Source: Alphaproteobacteria bacterium
GTDB lineage: Bacteria > Pseudomonadota > Alphaproteobacteria > Micavibrionales > UBA2020
Reading direction: 5' to 3'
Assembly: GCA_025934695.1 (NCBI GenBank)
Contig: JAICWS010000001.1
Location: forward strand, 151,301-215,300
Length of the DNA: 64,000 nucleotides
Shown here: positions 35,154 to 42,935 of the stretch, piece after piece
How positions within the stretch are numbered: position 1 is the stretch's first letter
Layout: each line of letters opens with the position of its first letter
The notes under the pieces: generated by a model
What the model was told of the DNA's origin: nothing
The model's input: the letters and a program-made list of their open reading frames with translations, nothing else
Databases searched by the model: none
Position numbers and translations under genes: made by a program

Positions 35154-36887
35154 ATGGCAGACACAGCAACAGCCCTGCAAAAAGCGAAAGAACTCGCCGA
35201 GCAGGCCGCGGTAGCGACGAAGAGGAAGACGGTTACCCAGACCACGACTTCTTCCGCGACCGAGACGAAAACGGACGACAAGTTCGCTGACATCAGCACG
35301 AACACGTTCTACAAGATCGTCTTCAACGAGAAGCTCGACGCCGAGCAGAAGAAAGCCGAAGTCGCGAAGGCCCTGACGTTCGATCCCGATCAGAAGGAAG
35401 AATGCCAGAACCGCCTGAAGGAATTCGTGACCTTCAAGGAATACCTGCAGAACGAGCGCAAGCGCCTCGCGCAGGAAATCATCAAGCTGACCGACACCGG
35501 CGCGTTCTCTGAACTCCAGGGCGTCATCGAGCAGCTGAACTCCGGCGTTCTCGAATTCGACAAGCGCATGACCCCGCTGACCGACATCATCGAAGCCGTC
35601 TACCAGCTTCGCTTGCAGGGCGGCGACACCGTCCTGGGCGTCTTCAAGGAGATCAAGGAAGACCAGGCGGCCGAGGAAGAGCGCAAGAAGAAAGTCGCTG
35701 AACATGAGAAGACCCTGCAGGACCTGCAGCGCGAAACCGATCAGGCCAAGGGCGACCTTGCCGTGCTGCAAAACAGCCGCAAGAACCGCAAGTGGCTGGG
35801 CCTCGGCGGCCTGAAGGACCAGGCGATCCGCGACATCCAGTCGAAAAACGACGAGCTGGCCAAGATCGGCACGACCGTCGAGTCGACCGCGAAAGAGCTG
35901 GAAGACCTGAAAGACCCGAACAAGGCGCGCGAAACGCAATACGCCCAGTTCGCGGAACAGAAGGCCAAGCTGCGCGAACTGCTCGACCTCACCTCGGAAG
36001 AGCACAAGACGCGCCAGAAGGACCTGGTCAACTCGGCCCAGACGTTCGTCAACAACTGCGACGAGCGCGTCGGCTCCGTGCTGAACCACCTCGACGCGAT
36101 GAGCGGCCAGATCGAAGGCCTCTCGAACGTCAACAACGGCATGCAGAGCATCTACGCGATCGTCTCCGAGGCTTCCAAGGACGCTTCTGACAACAACCAG
36201 AAAGTCCGCGAAGCCTATATGCCCCCGAAAGAGGGCGCGGAAAGCCCGATCGCCCAGATGCAGCGCGAGTCGAAAAAGCAGGCCGCTGAGGAATTCATCA
36301 CCTCGATGGACTCGTCCACCGTGGACACGATGAAGACCTACTCGGATCTCGCTTCGCAGGCCGTCCGCATCAAGCAGATGAAGGACGCCAACCGCGAACA
36401 GGTCTCGAAGACGCGCGAACTGCACTCGTCGGGTATCGCCGGCGTCGCTGACCGCCTCTCCACCGTTCTGCAGGCTGTTTCGGCCGCCGCGCTGAACGAA
36501 TCGGCGGAAGCTGCGAAGCAGTCGATCGGCACGATGACCGACAAGACCAACGCGGTCGCGATGAAAGAGTCCATCCGCACGGCAATGGGCATCAAGGACG
36601 CGGCGATCGGCCTGAACAAGGCTGTCGACGACCTGGCTGCTTACGGCGAAGTCCTGAAAACCTCCTCGCAGATCACCCGCGAGGGCGTGCAGGAGATCAA
36701 GCAAGGCCTCGGCGCCCTGCAGGAAAGCATCAAGAAGACGACTGCTGACCTCAAGGACGCATACGCGGTCAACGCTGAAGTCGCCGCTGGCACTACGGCG
36801 CCCGCTGCTTCGAACGACGACAAACCGGCCGCGGCTCCGACTTCCACGTCGAAGCCCAAGGACCCGTTCGCGCAGTTCAATAAGTAA
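35154..36887 (+). CDS. 577-aa coiled-coil protein of unknown function (possibly TelA-like)
   Basis: GAAGGAG SD. Helical, charged, heptad-like sequence throughout. No TM segment or signal peptide. Thr/Ser-rich N-terminus and Ala/Pro-rich C-terminus. Confidence 0.75.
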   Translation: MADTATALQKAKELAEQAAVATKRKTVTQTTTSSATETKTDDKFADISTNTFYKIVFNEKLDAEQKKAEVAKALTFDPDQKEECQNRLKEFVTFKEYLQNERKRLAQEIIKLTDTGAFSELQGVIEQLNSGVLEFDKRMTPLTDIIEAVYQLRLQGGDTVLGVFKEIKEDQAAEEERKKKVAEHEKTLQDLQRETDQAKGDLAVLQNSRKNRKWLGLGGLKDQAIRDIQSKNDELAKIGTTVESTAKELEDLKDPNKARETQYAQFAEQKAKLRELLDLTSEEHKTRQKDLVNSAQTFVNNCDERVGSVLNHLDAMSGQIEGLSNVNNGMQSIYAIVSEASKDASDNNQKVREAYMPPKEGAESPIAQMQRESKKQAAEEFITSMDSSTVDTMKTYSDLASQAVRIKQMKDANREQVSKTRELHSSGIAGVADRLSTVLQAVSAAALNESAEAAKQSIGTMTDKTNAVAMKESIRTAMGIKDAAIGLNKAVDDLAAYGEVLKTSSQITREGVQEIKQGLGALQESIKKTTADLKDAYAVNAEVAAGTTAPAASNDDKPAAAPTSTSKPKDPFAQFNK

Positions 36888-36901
36888 GCGACAAGTCATA
36901 T

Positions 36902-36932
36902 CCGGGCGCGGCCTTCAGAAAGCCGCGTCCGG
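36902..36932 (+). other. intercistronic GC-rich hairpin
   Basis: CCGGGCGCGGC-N9-GCCGCGTCCGG (11 bp, one G-U pair), with no T-run. Lies between gene 1 and gene 2 of the cluster. Confidence 0.4.
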
Positions 36933-37017
36933 AAGATGACCGGACCAGAACAGACAGCAAGCAAGGTTTATGCACTTCAATGCCTGCCTGACGGGCGAAG
37001 TGTCAAAAAAGAAACGG

Positions 37018-39408
37018 ATGACGACAATGGCAGATGAAACCCAACCGGCCCCTTCGGCCGCCAGCACGGGACCCAGCAGCGACTACCTGATCCGCGGTTC
37101 CGACTACCTCGCGAAGCATCCCGGCTTCAAAGCCGTCGGCCGCGAAGCGGAAATGAAGCAGGTCTCCAACATCCTCATGCGCAAGGACAGCAACAACGTG
37201 CTGCTGACCGGCCTCGCGGGCGTTGGCGTCTCGTCCATCAGCATGGGCCTCCAGGCCAGCAAGGATGATCTGAACACGCCGTCCGACATCGTCGGCAAGC
37301 GTTTCTACTGGCTCGACACCGACGCGCTCTTCGCATCGGGCGATCCCGCCAAGATCAACGAGGGCTTCCAGAAGGCGATCGCGACCCTGTCGCGCGCGCC
37401 GGACACCGTCCTCGTCATCGACGACTTCAAGGACTTCCTCGACGGCTGCCGCAACACCGGCTCCACGAACATCATCAACGCGCTGATGCGCGAAGTGCGC
37501 CAGAACAGCGCGTTCCAGGCCATCTTCGAAGTACGCGACACCGACCTGCCCGAGGCGCTGAAGGCGCACTCTGACATGAAAGACATCTTCACCCTCATGG
37601 AGATCAAGGAACCCGACAAGGCGGCCCTGGTACAGATGGTCGATGCGGGCTGCAAAGACCTCGAGGCGCACCACAAGATCAAGATCGACGACGACGCCAA
37701 GAAGACGGCGATCGATCTTACCAGCAAATACTCCATCCGCGAACTCGACGTCGCGCAGCCGAAGCGGGCTTTCATGCTCCTCGAAGGCGCGCTCACCGAG
37801 CTGCGCCACGATGCGCATACGCACCCGTTGGCGCGCGACGCGGTGGAAGAGCGCGTGAAGGACATCGACGCGGCTCTGGCCGGCAAGCCCTCGGACGAAC
37901 TGAAGGAAAAGTCGGCGGACGAGCTCCAGGCGATGAAACTGGAGGCCCAGATCGAGGCCGACAATATCACCAAGCAGTGGGAAGAGCGCCAGAAGCAGCT
38001 GCGCGCCCTGTACAAGGACCAGCGCAACGCGGAAGAAGAAATCCGCGGCCTCGACGTCAAGATCGAGGAGGAGCACCAGAAGAACGCCGCTGCCGCCAAG
38101 CAACACGAAAAAGACGAAGCGGAGAAGCAGGATTCGCAGGCGCCCACGACGACGCGCGCGCTGCAATTCAACCTCGCCAAGTCCGGCTTCAAGGGCACGG
38201 TCGAGCAGCAACTGGTGGACCAGCGCAAGGAATGGGACAGGCTGGCCCGCGACAACAAGGCGAAGTTCGACAAGCTGATCGACGAGATCAACGAAGGCGT
38301 CGTGCTGAAATCCGACCATATCCTGCAGGAATTCAGCCGCCTGTCGGGCGTGCCGGTGAGCCGCCTCGGCCAGGACGAGACGACCAAGCTGCTCGCCCTG
38401 GAAGACACGCTGAAGACTCGTGTATTCGGCCAGGACGAGCCGGTGGAGGCCGTCTCCAAATCGGTGCGCCGTGGCCGTACGGGCCTCAAGAAGGCGAACA
38501 AGCCCATTGGCTCGTTCCTCTTTCTCGGTCCTTCGGGCGTCGGCAAGACCGAACTCGCCAAGGCCCTGGCCGAAGCGCTGTTCGGCGACCAGAGCTCGCT
38601 TAAGGTGTACAACATGTCGGAATACCAGGAGAAGCACACGCTTTCCACGCTTATCGGCTCGCCCCCGGGCTATGAGGGTTATGCCGACGGCGGCGTCCTG
38701 ACCAACAACATGCGCCGTCAGCCCTATTGCGTGAACGTCTTCGACGAGATCGAAAAGGGCTGCCGCGAAGTGTTCGACATCTTCCTGCAGATCCTCGACG
38801 AGGGCATGCTGACGGATCGCCGGGGGTTGACCTCTTCCTTCGCGAACTCGATCAATATCATGACCTCGAACATCGGCGCCGAATTCTTCCTCGATCCGAA
38901 CCTGTCGTTCGACGAAGCGAAGAAGAAAGCGCTTGAGGTCCTGTGGAACCCCGACAAGGACAAGGGCGGCTCGGGCTATCGCCCCGAGTTCCTGAACCGC
39001 TTCACGGGCATCTTCTGCTTCAACCGCCTGGGCCAGCCGGAGATTATCAAAATCTGCGACAAGAGCTTCAAGGAGATCAACGGCTGGATCGCCGATAAGG
39101 GCATCCAGGTCAAGATGGACCAGGCCGACAAGGAAGCGATGTGCAAGGACCACTATATTCCCCGCGGCGGCGCGCGCTCGATCATGGGCTACATCGAAAA
39201 CAACATCACTTCCGATGTGTCCGACGAGATCCTGCGCCATCCCGACGAAGTGGGCACGCTAAAAGTCAGTTACGACGCGAACGCGCAACAGGCGAAAACC
39301 TCGTTCATCCCGGCCAGCCAGGAAAAGAAACCGGCCCCGGCGAACGAGAATGCGCCCGGCGGTTCGGCCACCAAGGCCAGCGGCGCAGTGTTCAACGCAT
39401 CCAAGTGA
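37018..39408 (+). CDS. ClpB/Hsp100-like AAA+ protein without N-domain; degenerate NBD1, intact NBD2
   Basis: NBD1 Walker A is GLAGVGVS (ClpB GEPGVGKT) and Walker B is LVIDD (IDE). Coiled-coil M-domain-like insert. NBD2 has GPSGVGKT, VFDEIEK, pore loop GSPPGYEGY and sensor GGARS. Start may be 37018 or 37027. Confidence 0.85.
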   Translation: MTTMADETQPAPSAASTGPSSDYLIRGSDYLAKHPGFKAVGREAEMKQVSNILMRKDSNNVLLTGLAGVGVSSISMGLQASKDDLNTPSDIVGKRFYWLDTDALFASGDPAKINEGFQKAIATLSRAPDTVLVIDDFKDFLDGCRNTGSTNIINALMREVRQNSAFQAIFEVRDTDLPEALKAHSDMKDIFTLMEIKEPDKAALVQMVDAGCKDLEAHHKIKIDDDAKKTAIDLTSKYSIRELDVAQPKRAFMLLEGALTELRHDAHTHPLARDAVEERVKDIDAALAGKPSDELKEKSADELQAMKLEAQIEADNITKQWEERQKQLRALYKDQRNAEEEIRGLDVKIEEEHQKNAAAAKQHEKDEAEKQDSQAPTTTRALQFNLAKSGFKGTVEQQLVDQRKEWDRLARDNKAKFDKLIDEINEGVVLKSDHILQEFSRLSGVPVSRLGQDETTKLLALEDTLKTRVFGQDEPVEAVSKSVRRGRTGLKKANKPIGSFLFLGPSGVGKTELAKALAEALFGDQSSLKVYNMSEYQEKHTLSTLIGSPPGYEGYADGGVLTNNMRRQPYCVNVFDEIEKGCREVFDIFLQILDEGMLTDRRGLTSSFANSINIMTSNIGAEFFLDPNLSFDEAKKKALEVLWNPDKDKGGSGYRPEFLNRFTGIFCFNRLGQPEIIKICDKSFKEINGWIADKGIQVKMDQADKEAMCKDHYIPRGGARSIMGYIENNITSDVSDEILRHPDEVGTLKVSYDANAQQAKTSFIPASQEKKPAPANENAPGGSATKASGAVFNASK

Positions 39409-39430
39409 TGCCTTAGGAGGAAACTGAAAA

Positions 39431-40330
39431 ATGGCAGACGGCAGCAGCGGCAAACCTAAGTCGATCGACGAACTGCTCGAAGACGCGCGCAAGATCAGGG
39501 CGCAGGTCGGGCAGACGACTCAGGATGCCAAAAAACTGAACATCAAAGGCACCGTGGCCGGCGATGCCTTGAAAAAGGTCGAAGTGCTCAATGACGCCGC
39601 GCAGGAAGCGCACGGCGTAAAGGCGCTCGTCACCGAAACCGGGCGCAGCGTCGGGCATTTCATCGTCCACAGCTGGCCGGTGCGCGCCTACGCCTGGCTT
39701 TTCAAGAAGCTCTGCTACAAGAAGGACAAGGCGACGGGCGAGAAGAAAGTGAGCCCGCGCCGCGCCAAGGCCATGATCCTGTCGACGGCCTTCCTGGCGT
39801 CCGCCGCGATTCCCGGCATGATCGGCATGCCCGCCCGCCATACCATCGGCGCGGTGGCAGAGCCGGTCTTCGACGGCGCGCGGATGGCGACCATGATGCA
39901 CAAGAACGAGATCATGTACCTCAACGACGAACACGTCGTCGACCATGCGCACAACGTCTGGGTCGTCAAGGGCACCACCAAGCCCGGCGGGGACGTGAAC
40001 GACGCCGTTCTTCTGAACGTCAAGCCGAGCCTGATGAACGACCTCTGGAGCTGGAAGAACAAGGGCAACCCGTTCTTCATTCCCGACCAAGTCGTGTCTC
40101 CCGTCGCGCCCGGCAACCAAACCCGATACATGGTGACCTATTACGGCCATCGCTGGAGGCTCTTCACCTGGATGCAGGCCTATCCTGAACTGCTCGATGT
40201 GAAGGCGCTGCCCGCCGACTTCAACGCGAACGCGACGAAGGCGCCAGCCGCCAACGCAAACGCGCCGCAGGCGCAGCACACGACACCTGCGCCGGTTCAG
40301 GCGTCGGCGCCCAAGGCGCCCGGCCAATAA
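39431..40330 (+). CDS. single-pass membrane protein with DUF1523-like C-terminal region
   Basis: AGGAGG SD. One hydrophobic helix (ILSTAFLASAAIPGMIGM). YYGHRWRLFTWMQAYPELL resembles the YGWR...FPN segment of DUF1523 (from memory). Ala/Pro/Asn/Gln-rich tail. Confidence 0.6.
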   Translation: MADGSSGKPKSIDELLEDARKIRAQVGQTTQDAKKLNIKGTVAGDALKKVEVLNDAAQEAHGVKALVTETGRSVGHFIVHSWPVRAYAWLFKKLCYKKDKATGEKKVSPRRAKAMILSTAFLASAAIPGMIGMPARHTIGAVAEPVFDGARMATMMHKNEIMYLNDEHVVDHAHNVWVVKGTTKPGGDVNDAVLLNVKPSLMNDLWSWKNKGNPFFIPDQVVSPVAPGNQTRYMVTYYGHRWRLFTWMQAYPELLDVKALPADFNANATKAPAANANAPQAQHTTPAPVQASAPKAPGQ

Positions 40331-40353
40331 CGAATACTACCTTGCTATCTGGG

Positions 40354-40390
40354 GCTGCCCCCGCCTTAACCGGCGGGGGCAGCTTTTTCT
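40354..40390. terminator. strong rho-independent terminator between convergent genes
   Basis: GCTGCCCCCGCC-TTAACC-GGCGGGGGCAGC followed by TTTTTCT. Confidence 0.8.
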
Positions 40391-40393
40391 GGA

Positions 40394-41341
40394 CTATTGT
40401 TTGAGCGCCGTCAAATGATGCCGCACGCAGCTTTCGAGCGCCTTGATCTCGTAGCCGCCCTCGAGCGCCGAGACGACGCGGCCCTGGCACAGTTCGTCCG
40501 CGGCTTTCACAATCATGCCGGTCAGGGTTTCGTAGTCCTTTGACTCCAGCTTCAGGTTCGTCAGCGGGTCGGATTTGTGCATGTCGAAACCGGCGGAGAT
40601 GAGGACGATTTCCGGCTTGAATTCATGCAAAGCGGGGATGACCTGTTGGCGGTAAAGCGCTTCGACCGTATCGAAACCGCTATGCGCCGGAATCGGCACC
40701 GTCAGCACGTTGGGCGACAGGCGGCCTTCGGCGTCATTGTGGTTGTACTTGCAGTCTTGCTGGCAGGAAGAGATGAACAGCACCTTGCCGCCGCCGCTCT
40801 TTTCGACGATGTCCTGCGTGCCGTTGCCGTGGTGCCGGTCGAAATCGATGACCGCGACGCGCTGCGCGCCCGCATCAAGGGCATGCAGGGCGCCGATCGC
40901 GACGTTATTGAACAGGCAAAAGCCTTCGCCGCGTTCCGGCCCGGCATGGTGTCCCGGCGGGCGCACGGCACAGAAGGCGCGGTTGCATTTGCCCGAGAGC
41001 GTATCGTCGACGGCCTGGCAGACAGCGCCTGCGGCATCCTTCGCTGCCGTATAAGAGCCGCGCGAAACGCGCGTGTACCATTGCACCTGTTCGCTCGTGA
41101 TATTCGCGATGGTCGCGCGGATGAAGCCTTTTTCGCTGATGGATTTGACATGATCAATGTAGGAAACGGTATGCGCCCGCTGCAGCATCGCGTCGGTCGC
41201 AGGCTCAGGGCGGATGATGGGCAGGGCCATCTCGTTGAATATCCCAGTCAGCGCCTTCAGGCGGCCGGGCTTTTCTGCGAAACCGGGGAAGCCTTTATGA
41301 TCGAGGCAGGACGGATGATAATAGACATTGAGCTTGTTCAT
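40394..41341 (-). CDS. histone-deacetylase-family (acetoin utilisation/acetylpolyamine amidohydrolase-like) protein
   Basis: RPPGHHA, DFDRHHGNGTQ, GGYE motifs. ATG at 41341 (the track uses GTG 41350). Confidence 0.85.
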   Translation of the reverse strand: MNKLNVYYHPSCLDHKGFPGFAEKPGRLKALTGIFNEMALPIIRPEPATDAMLQRAHTVSYIDHVKSISEKGFIRATIANITSEQVQWYTRVSRGSYTAAKDAAGAVCQAVDDTLSGKCNRAFCAVRPPGHHAGPERGEGFCLFNNVAIGALHALDAGAQRVAVIDFDRHHGNGTQDIVEKSGGGKVLFISSCQQDCKYNHNDAEGRLSPNVLTVPIPAHSGFDTVEALYRQQVIPALHEFKPEIVLISAGFDMHKSDPLTNLKLESKDYETLTGMIVKAADELCQGRVVSALEGGYEIKALESCVRHHLTALKQ

Positions 41342-41407
41342 GACGTTCACGATGCTGGTGATGAAAGGTGTGAAAGTCGATGAATCGATCTTTCCGGCTG
41401 GTGCGGG

Positions 41408-41436
41408 AAACTAGCAGCCGGGCATCGTTATGTCAA
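41408..41436 (-). promoter_or_regulatory. sigma70-type promoter of the deacetylase gene
   Basis: -35 TTGACA (rc 41431-41436), 17-nt spacer, -10 TAGTTT (rc 41408-41413). Abuts the gltX stop. Confidence 0.35.
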
Positions 41437-42852
41437 TCAGGCGACATCGCTCAGGCGGCCCAGCGTCTCGTCTTTGCCAAGAATTTCAGCGACATGGACG
41501 ATGGATGGGCTGTTCGTCGTGCCGGTGATCGCGGCGCGAAGCGGCATCAGCACCTTGCCGATCTTGAGGTCCTTCTTCGCCGACAGTTCTTTCAGCGCAT
41601 GCTCGATCTTGTCGTGCTTGAATTCGTGCAGGCCGGTCAGCGTCTGCTTCACTTCGCCCAGCAGCGCGCGCGCCGACGGGTCCAGCATCTGCGCCGCCTT
41701 TTCGTCGAGCGGCAGCGGGCGCTTGCGCAGGTAGAAGAGGCTGGCCTTGGCGAAGTCGACAAGCGTCGGCGCGTCCTTGGCGCGTTCCTTGAGGTCGTGC
41801 AACCCGTGCTTGAGACGCTGCAGACCGACTTCATCCGGCTTTTCGCCGAGTTCTTTTTCGAGGAACGGCATCAGCAGACCGATCAGGTGATCGTCCGAGC
41901 ATTGCTTGATGTAATGCGCGTTGACATGCGCGAGCTTGGCGAAGTCCATGCGCGAGGGCGAGCGCCCGATGTCGGAAAGCTCGAAAATCCGGATCGCATC
42001 TTCGGTGGAGATAATGTCCGTATCGCCATGGCCCCAGCCAAGGCGCAGCAGATAGTTGCGCATCGCCTCGGGCAAGTAGCCCATGTCGCGATAGGCCTCA
42101 ACGCCAAGCGCGCCGTGGCGTTTCGACAGTTTTGCGCCGTCGGGCCCGTGGATGAGGGGGATATGCGAGAACGAGGGCACATCCCAGCCCATCGCATCGT
42201 AAATCATGCGCTGGCGGAAGGCATTCGTCAGATGGTCGTCGCCGCGGATGATATGCGTGATGCCCATGTCATGGTCGTCGACGACCACGGACAGCATATA
42301 GGTCGGCGTGCCGTCGCTGCGCAGCATGACCATGTCGTCGAGCTGCGTATAGGGCACTTTCACTTCGCCCTGCACGAGATCCTGGATCACCATTTCGCTG
42401 TTCTGCACCGACGGCGCCTTGATGCGCACGGCGGGCTTTTGCCCGGCGGGCGGGTTTTTGGCGTCCTGTTCGGCGCGTTGGCGCAGCAAGGGGCTAAGGT
42501 TCGCGCCCTGCGGCAGGTTCTTGCGCATCTCCTCGAGTTCTGCGGGCGCGACATAGCACAGGTAGGCTTGGCCGCGCTTGACCAGCTCATGCGCGACTTC
42601 GGCATGGCGGTTCATGCGGGCGAACTGCATGATCGGCTCGCCATCCCAGTCAATGCCCAGCCATTTCAGGCCGTTAAAGATCGCCTGCACCGCAGCCTCG
42701 GTCGAACGGGCGCGGTCGGTATCCTCGATGCGCAACAGGAACGTGCCGCCCACATGGCGGGAATAGAGCCAGTTGAACAGGGCCGTGCGCGCGGAGCCGA
42801 TATGCAGGTATCCGGTGGGCGAGGGGGCGAAGCGGGTAATGACTTTGGACAT
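41437..42852 (-). CDS. gltX: glutamate--tRNA ligase (long, about 471-aa paralogue)
   Basis: RFAPSPTGYLHIGSART and KLSKRHG. ATG at 42852 (MSKVITRF...) preferred over track start 42876. Confidence 0.93.
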   Translation of the reverse strand: MSKVITRFAPSPTGYLHIGSARTALFNWLYSRHVGGTFLLRIEDTDRARSTEAAVQAIFNGLKWLGIDWDGEPIMQFARMNRHAEVAHELVKRGQAYLCYVAPAELEEMRKNLPQGANLSPLLRQRAEQDAKNPPAGQKPAVRIKAPSVQNSEMVIQDLVQGEVKVPYTQLDDMVMLRSDGTPTYMLSVVVDDHDMGITHIIRGDDHLTNAFRQRMIYDAMGWDVPSFSHIPLIHGPDGAKLSKRHGALGVEAYRDMGYLPEAMRNYLLRLGWGHGDTDIISTEDAIRIFELSDIGRSPSRMDFAKLAHVNAHYIKQCSDDHLIGLLMPFLEKELGEKPDEVGLQRLKHGLHDLKERAKDAPTLVDFAKASLFYLRKRPLPLDEKAAQMLDPSARALLGEVKQTLTGLHEFKHDKIEHALKELSAKKDLKIGKVLMPLRAAITGTTNSPSIVHVAEILGKDETLGRLSDVA

Positions 42853-42935
42853 GCCGGTGAAGCCTTCAGTTTGCAATTTTTGCGCATGTATCGTAAGGGT
42901 TTTATCGGTTTAACTCAATATGATATGTCGCAGCT

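Noticed and set aside
35127-36899. Very long ORFs antisense to real genes (35127-36899, 37003-39240, 17000-18697, 24460-26364, 60601-62520, 20034-21437, 13376-14662, 7004-8137).
   Set aside because: Their translations are Arg/Ala/Gly/Asp-rich and low in complexity. They have no recognisable motifs, SD sequences or promoters. Each mirrors a sense-strand gene with clear family motifs. Stop-free antisense frames are expected in GC-rich coding DNA.
37018-39408. Hypothesis that the ClpB-like protein replaces the missing ClpX as the unfoldase partner for the two ClpP paralogues.
   Set aside because: No [ILV]-G-[FL] ClpP-docking loop is visible in NBD2. The architecture with a coiled-coil insert is ClpB-like rather than ClpA/C/X-like.
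26561-40390. Calling the tRNA-Val-adjacent region an integrative genomic island.
   Set aside because: By eye I found no integrase or recombinase, no direct repeat of the tRNA 3' end and no clear compositional shift of the coding sequences. It is reported only as an accessory segment.
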